DNA from: Eledone cirrhosa
Lineage: Eukaryota
Reading direction: 5' to 3'
Assembly: GCA_964016885.1 (NCBI GenBank)
Contig: OZ024741.1
Location: 10,292,001-10,356,000, forward strand
DNA: 64,000 nucleotides
The translations under genes were made by a program, and so were the position numbers. The notes under the pieces were generated by a model. It was not told the DNA's origin. It made no database searches and saw only the letters and a program-made list of their open reading frames with translations. Position 1 is the first letter of the stretch, and each line of letters begins with the position of its first letter. Of this stretch, positions 15,601-28,381 are shown piece after piece.

Positions 15601-18600
15601 GTATCAATAGTCTATCTATAGTCTACACTGTATCAATAGTCTATCTATAGTCTACACTGTATCAATAGTCTATCTATAGTCTACACTGTATCAATAGTCT
15701 ATCTATAGTCTACACTGTATCAATAGTCTATCTATAGTCTACACTGTATCTGTAATCTATCTGTAGTCTATCTATAGTCTTCACTGTATCTGTAGTCTAT
15801 CTGTAGTCTATCTATAGTCTACACTGTATCTGTAGTCTATCTGTAGTCTATCTATAGTCTACACTGTATATGTAGTCTATCTGTAGTCTATCTATAGTCT
15901 ACACTGTATCTGTAGTCTATCTGTAGTCTATCTATAGTCTACACTGTATCTGTAGTCTATCTGTAGTCTATCTATAGTCTACACTGTATCAGTAGTCTAT
16001 CTGTAGTCTATCTATAGTCTACACTGTATCAATAGTCTATCTATAGTCTACACTGTATCTGTAGTCTATCTGTAGTCTATCTATAGTCTACACTGTATCT
16101 GTAGTCTATCTGTAGTCTATCTATATTCTACACTGTATCAATAGTCTATCTATAGTCTACACTGTATCTGTAGTCTATCTGTAGTCTATCTATAGTCTAC
16201 ACTGTATCTGTAGTCTATCTGTAGTCTATCTATAGTCTACACTGTATCAGTAGTCTATCTGTAGTCTATCTATAGTCTACACTGTATCAATAGTCTATCT
16301 ATAGTCTACACTGTATCTGTAGTCTATCTGTAGTCTATCTATAGTCTACACTGTATCAATAGTCTATCTATAGTCTACACTGAATCTGTAGTCTATCTGT
16401 AGTCTATCTATAGTCTACACTGTATCAATAGTCTATCTATAGTCTACACTGTATCTGTAGTCTATCTGTAGTCTATCTATAGTCTACACTGTATCTGTAG
16501 TCTATCTGTAGTCTATCTATAGTCTACACTGTATATGTAGTCTATCTGTAGTCTATCTATAGTCTACACTGTATCAGTAGTCTATCTGTAGTCTATCTAT
16601 AGTCTACACTGTATCAATAGTCTATCTATAGTCTACACTCTATCAATAGTCTATCTATAGTCTACACTGTATCTGTAGTCTATCTATAGTCTATCTATAG
16701 TCTACACTGTATCTGTAGTCTATCTGTAGTCTATCTATAGTCTACACTGTATCTGTAGTCTATCTGTAGTCTATCTATAGTCTACACTGTATCAGTAGTC
16801 TATCTGTAGTCTATCTATAGTCTACACTGTATCAGTAGTCTATCTGTAGTCTATCTATAGTCTACACTGTATCAATAGTCTATCTATAGTCTACACTGTA
16901 TCTGTAGTCTATCTGTAGTATATCTATAGTCTACACTGTATCAATAGTCTATCTATAGTCTACACTGTATCAGTAGTCTATCTGTAGTCTATCTATAGTC
17001 TACACTGTATCAATAGTCTATCTATAGTCTACACTGTATCAGTAGTCTATCTGTAGTCTATCTATAGTCTACACTGTATCAATAGTCTATCTATAGTCTA
17101 CACTGTATCAATAGTCTATCTATAGTCTACACTGTATCAATAGTCTATCTATAGTCTACACTGTATCAATAGTCTATCTATAGTCTACACTGTATCTGTA
17201 ATCTATCTGTAGTCTATCTATAGTCTTCACTGTATCTGTAGTCTATCTGTAGTCTATCTATAGTCTACACTGTATCTGTAGTCTATCTGTAGTCTATCTA
17301 TAGTCTACACTGTATATGTAGTCTATCTGTAGTCTATCTATAGTCTACACTGTATCTGTAGTCTATCTGTAGTCTATCTATAGTCTACACTGTATCTGTA
17401 GTCTATCTGTAGTCTATCTATAGTCTACACTGTATCTGTAGTCTATCTTTTAGTCTATCTATAGTCTACACTGTATCTGTAGTCTATCTGTAGTCTATCT
17501 GTAGTCTATCTGTAGTCTATCTGTAGTCTACGCTGTATCTGTAGTCTATCTGTAGTCTATCTATAGTCTACACTGTATCTGTAGTCTATCTGTATTCTAT
17601 CTATAGTCTACACTGTATCAGTAGTCTATCTGTAGTCTATCTATAGTCTACACTGTATCAATAGTCTATCTATAGTCTACACTGTATCAATAGTCTATCT
17701 ATAGTCTACACTGTATCTGTAGTCTATCTGTAGTCTATCTATAGTCTACACTGTATCAATAGTCTATCTATAGTCTACACTGTATCTGTAGTCTATCTGT
17801 AGTCTATCTATAGTCTACACTGTATCAATAGTCTATCTATAGTCTACACTGTATCTGTAGTCTATCTGTAGTCTATCTATAGTCTACACTGTATCTGTAG
17901 TCTATCTGTAGTCTATCTATAGTCTACACTGTATCTGTAGTCTATCTGTAGTCTATCTATAGTCTACACTGTATCAGTAGTCTATCTGTAGTCTATCTAT
18001 AGTCTACACTGTATCAATAGTCTATCTATAGTCTACACTGTATCTGTAGTCTATCTGTAGTCTATCTATAGTCTACACTGTATCTGTAGTCTATCTGTAG
18101 TCTATCTATAGTCTACACTGTATCAATAGTCTATCTATAGTCTACACTGTATCTGTAGTCTATCTGTAGTCTATCTATAGTCTACACTGTATCAATAGTC
18201 TATCTATAGTCTACACTGTATCTGTAGTCTATCTGTAGTCTATCTATAGTCTTCACTGTATCTGTAGTCTATCTGTAGTCTATCTATAGTCTACACTGTA
18301 TCTGTAGTCTATCTGTAGTCTATCTATAGTCTACACTGTATCTGTAGTCTATCTGTAGTCTATCTATAGTCTACACTGTATCTGTAGTCTATCTGTAGTC
18401 TATCTGTAGTCTACGCTGTATCAGTAGTCTATCTGTAGTCTATCTGTAGTCTATCTATAGTCTACAGTGTATCAGTAGTGTATCAACAGTTTACACTGTA
18501 TATGCAGTCTATCTATAGTCTACACTGTATCAGTAGTCTATCTGTAGTCTACACTGTATCAGTAGTCTATCTGTAGTCTATCTATAGTCTACACTGTATC

Positions 18601-18838
18601 TGTAGTCTATCTGTAGTCTATCTATAGTCTACACTGTATCAGTAGTCTATCTGTAGTCTATCTATATTCTACACTGTATCTGTAGTCTATCTGTAGTCTA
18701 TCTATAGTCTACACTGTATCAGTAGTCTATCTGTAGTCTATCTATATTCTACACTGTATCTGTAGTCTATCTGTTGTCTATCTATAGTCTACACTGTATC
18801 AGTAGTCTATCTGTAGTCTATCTGTAACTATAGTCTAT
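688..18838. repeat. ~18.1 kb satellite array; 40-bp unit TCTGTAGTCTA-TCTGTAGTCTA-TCTATAGTCTA-CACTGTA (11+11+11+7) and 29-bp variant TCAATAGTCTA-TCTATAGTCTA-CACTGTA
   Basis: Lines at 2461, 2581 and 2701 are identical (120 = 3x40); units are built from an 11-mer plus a 7-mer; the edges are more degenerate than the centre. Confidence 0.98.
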
Positions 18839-19415
18839 GATCTGTAATCGTATGACCAGTCTGCTGAAGTCGGGTTAGGATTAAGTTTTCTAGTGAGGGA
18901 AGACTGGACGCTGATCTGTAAATGAACAGATCGAATGCTAAAATTTATCTAATTAATTATTCTGGGCTAGAGGGAGAGGGTGTCAATAAGGATGGAACAT
19001 ATTCAAATTTTGGAGTCCAGCTTTCGTATACTAGGATTGCCGGGTAAATGAACAATCATGTAAACGTGGAAATTTCTGTTTTGATAAATTATTGGCTTGC
19101 ATAAGAGAAGCCTTATTATTTATGTTGATTACTGACATGTGGAAGTAATTAATAATGAGAATTTTATTGTAACCATTTATTTCCATGATATAATTATGTA
19201 AATGTCCAACATATAAACGACATACAGGATTAAAGATGAGTAACTTTGAAGAAATCAGAACCTAAAGATAAATGTCGGATTAGAACCCAGGACTTCTGAT
19301 TGGAAAGTAAACATCTTATTGTCGTAACACAATTGAGATAGGAAATGCATAATGTGTATGTGTGTGTACAGTGGTGTCTCCATTTTACAGAATTACAGAC
19401 AGATCTATATATAAA

Positions 19416-19490
19416 GGCACGTGGCTTTGTAGTTGGGGTAATTGTCTCGCAATCGTAAGGTCGTGTGTTCGATTCCCGGCAGCGTGTTAT
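19416..19490 (+). mobile_element. Truncated tRNA-derived SINE head
   Basis: A-box-like gtggctttgtagttgg and B-box gtgttcgattccc; similar heads at 55585, 58061 and 56500-56578 (-). Confidence 0.6.
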
Positions 19491-19607
19491 ATTATATTTA
19501 CATAATATATTTACATTTCTTCTCTAAAATCTCGTTTTAACCAAAGGAATAGAATATTAAAAGATTCAATGGTTTTCCTCTACCAAACGGAGGTCAGGTG
19601 CTTGGTA

Positions 19608-19826
19608 TTGGATTAGCAGTGTCGGTAGAGCGTCGGACAACATTCTTTACACCATATAGCTACGGCTCTTACGTTCTGACTTCAAATACCGCCGAAGTTA
19701 GCTTTGCCTTTCATCCTTACGAGGTCGATAAAATAAAGTACCAGTAACACACTGGGGTCGATTTAATTGACTTTCCCATGACTCCAAAATTGTTGGCCCT
19801 GTGCCCTAACTCAGAAACCATTATTC
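19608..19826 (+). mobile_element. tRNA-derived SINE (family A)
   Basis: Head ggattagcagtgtcggtagagcgtcggac, B-box-like gacttcaaatacc, core gcctttcatccttacgaggtcgataaaataaagtaccag; multiple copies in the window. Confidence 0.85.
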
Positions 19827-19837
19827 ATGCAATGCGG

Positions 19838-20000
19838 GTGTAGCATGGCCGAATAGTTAAAAAGATCTCTCTGCAATCATTAAGACTCAGGTTTGATCCC
19901 AAGGAGTGGTATTTTGGACAAATGTTATTTACCATAGATTCGGGGTGATCGAAGCCATGTGAGTGAAATTTGGCAGACGGAAACTGTTTGGAAGACCATC
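19838..20000 (+). mobile_element. tRNA-derived SINE (family B), partial
   Basis: gtagcatggccgaatagttaa...caggtttgatccc...ggacaaatgttatttaccatag; near copy at 26208. Confidence 0.7.
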
Positions 20001-20482
20001 TGATCGATTTTCCATTTCCCTACAAATTGCTGGCTTTGAATCAACTGTAGAAACAATTACTATGGTTCAATCCCCCGGATCTAATTGTTTGTTTTTATTG
20101 CGTGTCTCTCTTATTGCTATATGTCTTATCTCTGGTCAACTCCGTCTATTTCTTGCACTATGCCTTTCTTTTCGTTGGTATTGCTATATATTTTACTTGT
20201 ATGTTGTTGTAGTTGTTGCTGATGATGATGATGTAGTTGTTGACTATTTGTTTAAATGTATTTATGAAGAGCTGAATGGCTGCTTGGGCACGGACCTCCC
20301 TATCAATTCACTGCCGGCGTGTAAGTACGATGTTAATGGCGATAGCCATGTCTGAAAAGTAACACGGCCGTCATGTTTTATAACCAACACAATCATACAC
20401 ATACATATACACAACACACACATACTCATACACAAGACACACACACACCCAGACATATCAACATACACACGCACACATCCTC

Positions 20483-20553
<71 letters not shown>

Positions 20554-20625
20554 GTGTAAATGTCTAGAAATAGGAAAAACCTTATATCTAAGTAGTAAAA
20601 CCTTGGAATCAACCGGAACTAGCAG

Positions 20626-20865
20626 CGGTGTGGTGTGGTGGGGTGTGGTGTGGTATGGTGTGGTGGGGTGTGGTGTGGTGTGGTCTGGCGGGGTGTGGTG
20701 TTGTGTTGTGTAGTATGGCGGGGTTTAGTGTGGCAGGGTTTGGTGTGGTGGGGTGTGGTGTGGTGAAGTGTGGTGAAGTGTGATGTGTGGTGTGGCAGGG
20801 TATTGTGTTGTAAGCTGTGTTGGGGTGCGGTGTGACAGTTGGGGCGGTGGTGTGTGATGTGGGGT
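20626..20865. repeat. Degenerate (GTGTG)n pentanucleotide repeat
   Basis: Direct ggtgt/gtgtg runs. Confidence 0.85.
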
Positions 20866-21028
20866 CATTGTATTAAATGTTACGACTGGAAACGTCTTTA
20901 ACACCACAAGCTATAAATCTTTTACATCTAAGGTGATGTAGTGAGGCCAAGTTGAACATCGTAAATAATTGTTGGTTTCTAGTAGTGATTTCATTGCGAT
21001 AGATAGCTTGATGGTCAGGTAACGGTGT

Positions 21029-21094
<66 letters not shown>

Positions 21095-21105
21095 GACAGA
21101 GAGAG

Positions 21106-21157
<52 letters not shown>

Positions 21158-21190
21158 TGTGAGAGAGAGAGAGAGTGAGGGAGAGAGAGA
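21029..21190. repeat. (GATA)n-(GA)n compound microsatellite
   Basis: Direct. Confidence 0.95.
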
Positions 21191-21299
21191 GGGGAGGCTT
21201 GGGTAAGGAGGAAGAGGGAGAGTAAGAGAATTAAGTAAGATTAGGGGCATAAGAGAACAAGAGAAAGGAAAGCTTGTTCGATCAAACTTTACATATGTG

Positions 21300-21330
<31 letters not shown>

Positions 21331-21331
21331 A

Positions 21332-21502
21332 CGAGGGGTGCTGAAAAGTTCCTAGCTTACAGGGTATCACGAAAGGGTAGAGCTGTTACCTTTATAGGGA
21401 AGGTGTGAATCTGAGAGGAGAATATGTTGAATAGTATCATAATTAACTGATCTTCTTGTATTTTCTTTTACCCAAAGCCAGGAACTTTTCAGCAATCCCT
21501 CG
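21332..21502. mobile_element. Tc1/mariner-derived MITE
   Basis: TIRs cgaggggtgctgaaaagttcctagctt ... aagccaggaacttttcagcaatccctcg, preceded by TA in a TA tract; no coding capacity. Confidence 0.75.
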
Positions 21503-21505
21503 AAT

Positions 21506-21997
21506 ATGTATATATGAATGTATGTATAGTATATTTGGCAATATACAGTATGTTTAATTAAAAAACGTTTAGTCACTTCTTTAAAGCTGATAGCATATGG
21601 TCTTCTAAATGTTTTTAATTAAACATTCGTTATATTGCCAAATATACTATACATACATTCATGTATATATCGCTATTTCAGAACACCAATCCTAATACCT
21701 AATTTTGTCTGGACCGACAATCGCACTGGATAATCAGCTCCTGATTATTACTGGAATTCTATAAGAATCCAGCTTCTATAATTTTCGACGAAAGCAGGGG
21801 ATGCCTGGCTTTGATGATCGCCAACCAGCTTCTTTCCCTTCTTTCGCCGAAAAGAAGTAAGTGACACAGTCACTATTTAAAAACTGATAGCGTAAGGTCT
21901 TCTAAATGTTTTTAATTAAACATACGGTATATTGCCAAATATACTATACATACGTTCATATATACATCGGTATTTCAGAGCACCAATCCTAATACCG
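21506..21997 (+). mobile_element. Non-coding PLE/retrozyme-like element: inverted 5' arm plus ~297-bp unit with a ~130-bp direct repeat; HHR partly deleted
   Basis: 21506-21572 is inverted relative to 21605-21670; agtcact recurs at 21571 and 21868; tail tatatcgctatttcagaaca resembles that of the 45031-45700 element; further copy at 41660-41838. Confidence 0.7.
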
Positions 21998-22130
21998 TAT
22001 ATATATATATATATACTACAGCAGAGGTCCGTCGAGCTTTTGATTCCAGAGTCAGGCCAGATCGATACAGATCGAATCTTGAGCTGATCAATAGCGAAAC
22101 GAAGACTTAACAAATCGTCCTTGTATTATT

Positions 22131-22320
22131 CGGTGGATTGGCAGTATCGGTAGAGAGTCGGACATCATGCTTTGAAGCATAGAGTTATGTCCCTTTATGA
22201 TCTGAGTTCAAATCCCGCCGAGGTTAACTTTGCCTTTCATCCTTACGGGGTCGATAAAATAAAGTACCAGTAATGCACTGGGTATTTGCTGGCCTTGTGC
22301 CAAAAGTAGAAACAATTATT
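22131..22320 (+). mobile_element. SINE family A
   Basis: ggtggattggcagtatcggtagagagtcggac...gagttcaaatcccgccgagg...ggggtcgataaaataaagtaccag. Confidence 0.88.
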
Positions 22321-22529
22321 ATAATATACTCTGTTTAGCTCTACACCTCGCTACTGACGTGAACCTAAACATTGAGTGCTCACCCGGGTGAACCTACAGT
22401 AACTCCACATTACACTCCCTGGATATATATATATATATTAGAAAGTGAGGTTTTTTTTACAAAATGAAAAATAACCGAGGTGTCCTACACGAGTGAAAGT
22501 ATAAAGAAAAAATGATGAAATCGAAAATG

Positions 22530-23361
22530 CAACAACCACAACAACCACAAAAACAACAACCACAACAACAACTACAACAACAACCACAGCAACAACAACA
22601 ACCACAACAACTACAACAACAACCACAACAACAACCACAGCAACAACTACAACCACAACAACTACAACAACAACCACAACAACTACAACAACAACAACAA
22701 CTACAACCACAACAACAACTACAATCACAACAACAACTACAACAACAACAACAACTACAACCACAACAACTACAACCACAACAACAACAACTACAACCAC
22801 AACAACAACTACAACCACAGCAACAACTACAAGCACAACAACAACTACAACCACAACAACAACTACAACCACAACAACAACTACGACCACAACCACAACA
22901 ACAACTACAACCACAACAATCACAACCAGAACCACAACCACAACAACAACTACAACCACAACAACAACTACAACAACAACAACTACAACCACAACGACTA
23001 CAACCACAGCAACAACAACTACAACAACAACAACAACTACAACCACAACTACAACCACAACAACAACAACTACAACCACAACAACTACAACCACAACCAC
23101 AACAACAACAACAACCACAACAACCACAACAACCACAACAACCACAACAACCACAACAACATTAAATATAACAATAACAACAAACGTATTGACAACTGCC
23201 ATATAACAGTGGCAACAACAACAATAACAACAACTACAGCAACGAGAACAACAAACAATAACAACAACCAGAACAACAATAACACAACCAGAACAACAAA
23301 CAATAAACAACAATAACAACAACGAGAACAACAATAACAACAATAACAACAATAACAGCAA
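22530..23361. repeat. (CAA)n/(ACAACC)n-type compound repeat (spurious poly-Q ORF)
   Basis: Low-complexity triplet repeat with no non-repeat coding context. Confidence 0.9.
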
Positions 23362-23749
23362 CGGGAAGAAGAAACTAAAGGAAGGAAAAGCTTGCCGGAC
23401 AAAGGTGAGGGTGTCTCTTTTGTTTCGTCTGCCACACAGGTGTGGTAGACGAAACAGACAGATGTAGCACTGGTTTAAATGAGAAAATTACTAGATAGAT
23501 AACATCCCTGCTCACTGACTTTATTCTCTTTGCCAATGGAAGCAGATAAATTGAAGTAGCTGAGAAGAACTAACCAGTTCCCCTTTCATTTACCGAGGCG
23601 TTAGCCATATGACAATGAGCAAAGCTCGCTTGTTCCTTTCTATTTATCTCACCTTCTTAGGCTCTCAATCTTTCAGGCTCTCAGCTCTCTGCTCTCAGCC
23701 CTTCCTACTTTTAAACATACCGCCTACCTATCTATTTGCTTACTTACCT

Positions 23750-24114
23750 ACCTTCCTACATACATACATACATACATACATACATACATACATACATACA
23801 TACATACATACATACATACACGCAGACACATACATACATAAATACATACATATATACATAATACATACATACATACACGCAGACATATATACAAATATAT
23901 ATACATAGAAACATACATACATACGTGTACAAACACACACACATATATACACATGCAAATATACATACATGCAAGTATACATAATACATAAATACATGTA
24001 TATCTACATATCTACATGTATATATATATATATATATTCTTTTACTCTTTTCTCTTTTACCTGTTTCAGCCATACGGCTGAGGCCATGCTGGGGCACCGC
24101 CCTTGTTGCTACAC

Positions 24115-24157
<43 letters not shown>

Positions 24158-24180
24158 TATATATACACGTGCATACATAT
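23750..24180. repeat. (TACA)n/(TA)n/(CA)n microsatellites enclosing a short SINE tail (24037-24103)
   Basis: Direct; ttttacctgtttcagccatacggctgaggccatgctggggcaccgcc resembles a common octopus SINE end (from recollection). Confidence 0.8.
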
Positions 24181-24189
24181 AATGATATT

Positions 24190-24415
24190 TCCTCCGTCGG
24201 TTTCAACGATGAAAGTTCAGCTGTTCCATCAACTGAACATCCAGCTAGTTAAATTAACGCGGAAATGGTTGAATATTCCGCAGATACACATACCTTTAAC
24301 TTAATTCTCGAGCAGAATCAGTGTGACACAGTTTGCGACAAGGTCCGACATTTGTATAACAGGCATAATACACCGGGCTTCCACACAGTTTCTGTCTACC
24401 CAGACTCCATCTCAA
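24190..24415 (-). mobile_element. SINE family B 3' part, diverged
   Basis: Reverse complement resembles 26340-26545 (ggctgttctgttcatcaaacaactggaaccct; aactgtttggaagccc). Confidence 0.6.
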
Positions 24416-24496
24416 AGCAGGCAGTAGATAATTACACTAACATATATTATGAGGTATTGAAATAGTATTATAAAGCATTCATTCTGTTCAGTTTCT

Positions 24497-25865
24497 CAGG
24501 GCTTGAGATTGGCAGTGTCGGTAGAGTGTCGCACAACATGCTTTGTGGTATAGAGTTACGGCCCTTTACAATGGCAGGGCTTGAGATTGGCAGTGTCGGT
24601 AGAGTGTCGGACAACATGCTTTGTGGTATAGAGTTACGGCCCTTTACAATGGCAGGGCTTGAGATTGGCAGTGTCGGTAGAGTGTCGGACAACATGCTTT
24701 GTGGTATAGAGTTACGGCCCTTTACAATGGCAGGGCTTGAGATTGGCAGTGTCGGTAGAGTGTCGGACAACATGCTTTGTGGTATAGAGTTACGGCCCTT
24801 TACAATGGCAGGGCTTGAGATTGGCAGTGTCGGTAGAGTGTCGCACAACATGCTTTGTGGTATAGAGTTACGGCCCTTTACAATGGCAGGGCTTGAGATT
24901 GGCAGTGTCGGCAGAGTGTCGCACAACATGCTTTGTGGTATAGAGTTACGGCCCTTTACAATGGCAGGGCTTGAGATTGGCAGTGTCGGTAGAGTGTCGC
25001 ACAACATGCTTTGTGGTATAGAGTTACGGCCCTTTAAAATGGCAAGGCTTGAGATTGGCAGTGTCGGTAGAGTGTCGGACAACATGCTTTGTGGTATAGA
25101 GTTACGGCCCTTTACAATGGCAGGGCTTGAGATTGGCAGTGTCGGTAGAGTGTCGGACAACATGCTTTGTGGTATAGAGTTACGGCCCTTTACAATGGCA
25201 GGGCTTGAGATTGGCAGTGACGGTAGAGTGTCGGACAACATGCTTTGTGGTATAGAGTTACGGCCCTTTACAATGGCAGGGCTTGAGATTGGCAGTGTCG
25301 GTAGAGTGTCGGACAACATGCTTTGTGGTATAGAGTTACGGCCCTTTACAATGGCAGGGCTTGAGATTGGCAGTGTCGGTAGAGTGTCGGACAACATGCT
25401 TTGTGGTATAGAGTTACGGCCCTTTACAATGGCAGGGCTTGAGATTGGCAGTGTCGGTAGAGTGTCGGACAACATGCTTTGTGGTATAGAGTTACGGCCC
25501 TTTACAGTGGCAGGGCTTGAGATTGGCAGTATCGGTAGAGTGTCGGACAACATGCTTTGTGGTATAGAGTTACGGCCCTTTACAGTGGCAGGGCTTGAGA
25601 TTGGCAGTATCGGTAGAGTGTCGGACAACATGCTTTGTGGTATAGAGTTACGGCCCTTTACAATGGCAGGGCTTGAGATTGGCAGTGTCGGTAGAGTGTC
25701 GGACAACATGCTTTGTGGTATAGAGTTACGACCCTTTACAGTGGCAGGGCTTGAGATTGGCAGTATCGGTAGAGTGTCGGACAACATGCTTTGTGGTATA
25801 GAGTTACGGCCCTTTACAATGGCAGGGCTTGAGATTGGCAGTATCGGTAGAGTGTCGGACAACAT
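24497..25865 (+). repeat. Minisatellite, 78-bp unit x ~17.5, derived from the 5' head of SINE family A
   Basis: Unit gcagggcttgagattggcagtgtcggtagagtgtcggacaacatgctttgtggtatagagttacggccctttacaatg matches 22136-22198; the SINE 3' body resumes at ~25875. Confidence 0.95.
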
Positions 25866-25874
25866 TACGAGATC

Positions 25875-25965
25875 TATAAAATAAAGTACCAGTAATGCAC
25901 TGAGGTCGATTTAAACGACTCTCCCCCAAAATTGTTGGCCTTGTGCCAAAAGTAGAAACCATTAT
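25875..25965 (+). mobile_element. 3' body of the SINE A whose head was amplified (B box missing)
   Basis: taaaataaagtaccagtaatgcactgaggtcgat...ggccttgtgccaaaagtagaaacc. Confidence 0.8.
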
Positions 25966-25975
25966 TGGGGGTCTA

Positions 25976-26545
25976 AGGGTGGTGGAATGACAGTAATTGG
26001 TAGGGCGTCAGACAAATGCTTAGCGTTATTTAATTTCGGCCCTTTACGTTCTGGGTTCAAATCCCGCCGAGGTTAGCACTGCCTTTCATCCTTATGGTGT
26101 CGATAAAATAAAGTACCAGTAATACACTGGGTCGATTTAATTGACTTTCCTTTCCCCTAAAATTGTTGGCCTTGTGTCTAACTCAGAAACCAGTATTCAT
26201 CCAACGGACGTAGCATGGCCGAATAGTTAAGAAGTTCTGTTTGTAAACATTAGGACACAGGTTTGATCACACGGCCTGGAATTTGGACAAATGTTATTTA
26301 CCATAGATTCGGGGCTATCCAAGCCATGTGGGTGAAATTGGGGAGATATAAACTGTTTGGAAGCCCATCAAATAGACGGTACATTTAATTCAAGGGCCAG
26401 CTTTGTCATACCATATATCTCACATCATATTAAATCTCCATGGCGATTTTGTTAAGGGTCTATATGTCTGTGGAATGTTCAGTCATATGTGTGTTAATTT
26501 CATGAGCAGGCTGTTCTGTTCATCAAACAACTGGAACCCTGGTTC
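25976..26545 (+). mobile_element. SINE A (25976-26196) directly followed by SINE B (26208-26545)
   Basis: B box gggttcaaatccc; same A-B junction as 19608-20000. Confidence 0.8.
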
Positions 26546-26559
26546 CATTCCATTGATGC

Positions 26560-26700
26560 ATTAGAACAATTCTTTACTGAGACATTCTAACCACATGTCC
26601 ATCCATGATTGCATTCTTTCGGTCTTTACCCAAGATTCATGACCATAGGTAAGGGTTGGCAGGAATAGCGATTTGAAGATAGCATTGTGAAATAAAATTC
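26560..26700 (-). mobile_element. RTE LINE ORF fragment
   Basis: Translation IFKSLFLPTLTYGHESW matches the RTE RT C-terminal motif (P.LTYG.E.W). Confidence 0.75.
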
Positions 26701-27149
26701 CAAATAGGATCATTTCAAAATTGGCAACCATTTTGATATCAACATTCTTTGGGGCCATTTGATTAAAATGATAAAAATAACATGAAAAGCTAGCAAGAAT
26801 TCAGTGGAATGCTTCAGAAATTAACTAAATGTGTAGTTATCTACCTGGTGACATACATATGTTGTCTTAAATTAGCGAGTCCTAGCAAAGCTTTAGTTAC
26901 GTCGACATGCATGGTGTAGGACAGAACAAAGGAGAGACACAAAATAACAAATCAGTCACCGAGGAGGTCACAGAATGTGCGACGAAAGAGCTTTGATAAT
27001 ATATAAAGAACCATCGGGTTATTGAACCAACCTACCGGAAATGTGTAATAAATTGAAGTGAAAACCAACGGGTGCGTGTAGTTATTGGCTGGCAGCATGA
27101 CTCTCCCAGAGTATAACAATATATATGTGTGTGTATATATATATGTTAT

Positions 27150-27468
<319 letters not shown>

Positions 27469-27589
27469 CATACATACATACAAAAGTTAAAACATTAGAG
27501 AAAACAATACCACATTATTGAACAAAGATATTTAATGGCTGACTATTGTTCCGGGAAGCGTATCATTATTCTTCACATAAAGATAATTA

Positions 27590-27761
27590 TCGATGGACCA
27601 TAACGCACCAGAGTACTCAATACTTAGGGTAGTAGAGTGGGAAATAGGAAAAAGTATGACCCCAACGGCAGGGCTCAAGCCGTTTCGACGGCTATTTCTG
27701 GACTCAGAAGTAGCCGTCGAAACGGCTTGAGCTCTGCCGTCGGGGTCATACTTTTTCCTAT
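27590..27761 (-). mobile_element. Fold-back element (57-bp arms, 27644-27761) with one-sided tail, next to (TA)n
   Basis: ataggaaaaagtatgacccc...tttctg gact cagaag...ggggtcatactttttcctat; same family at 63621-63761, relatives at 34560-34620 and 46080-46135. Confidence 0.8.
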
Positions 27762-27777
27762 ATATATATATATATAT

Positions 27778-28340
27778 AAGAAAAAAAGTTGAAATCGAAA
27801 ATGCAACTGGAGTCTTTTTAAGAATATTAATTTGTTTCCTTTACCGGTTTCGCAGTTCTTATGCTTTTCAAAAGTAGAATTGAGATGGAGGGTTTGTGGT
27901 TTTTCTCGCATCTGGTTGATGTTCGAATGTTACTTCTGTTTTATGTGGAAAAAAGTGGCCCGAAATGCTAGGTTTTTTGAAAAGTAATTTGGTTTGTTCA
28001 TGATTGTAACGTGAATAAGCATTATAAATTTCTCGCTAGTTCGCGTTACAGAGTTCTTATTGTATTTGCCTTTTTTAAAAAAAAGGGTGGGCTCTATTTA
28101 CGGACAACTGGGAAATCTAAGAAAAGAATATTAGCCACCATGCAGGCAATTGAATGCATCAAGTAAAATACTTCGGTAGACGGAAAATACCGAGTCATTT
28201 AGCAAAGATGGAAACTCGAATGTCTCCTACACCGAGCGAACACATTTAACTATTACACCTAAATACCTTTAACCAATGACGTCTTTTTAGAGGATTTTAG
28301 TGGGAAGCGTAAATAACATGTTAGCTTCATATCTCAAGTA
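27778..28340 (-). mobile_element. Probable PLE 3' region with a variant HHR at 27839-27874
   Basis: Minus strand ctt-ttgaaaa-gca-taagaac-tgc-gaaa-ccg-gta-aag; homologous to the arms of 31561-31973; gaaatcgaaaatgcaac also at ~22517. Confidence 0.5.
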
Positions 28341-28381
28341 GTGTCTCTCTGTCTGTATTCTATCTATCTATCTATCTATCT

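Noticed and set aside
19416-19490. tRNA gene
   Set aside because: A/B boxes present but no complete cloverleaf; matches SINE heads elsewhere in the window
22512-23165. 217-aa poly-Q/P ORF
   Set aside because: Pure CAA/CCA/CTA repeat whose ATG lies in a TE-derived tail; the antisense frame is equally open
24468-25884. 452/465-aa repeat proteins on both strands
   Set aside because: Read-through of a 78-bp SINE-derived minisatellite
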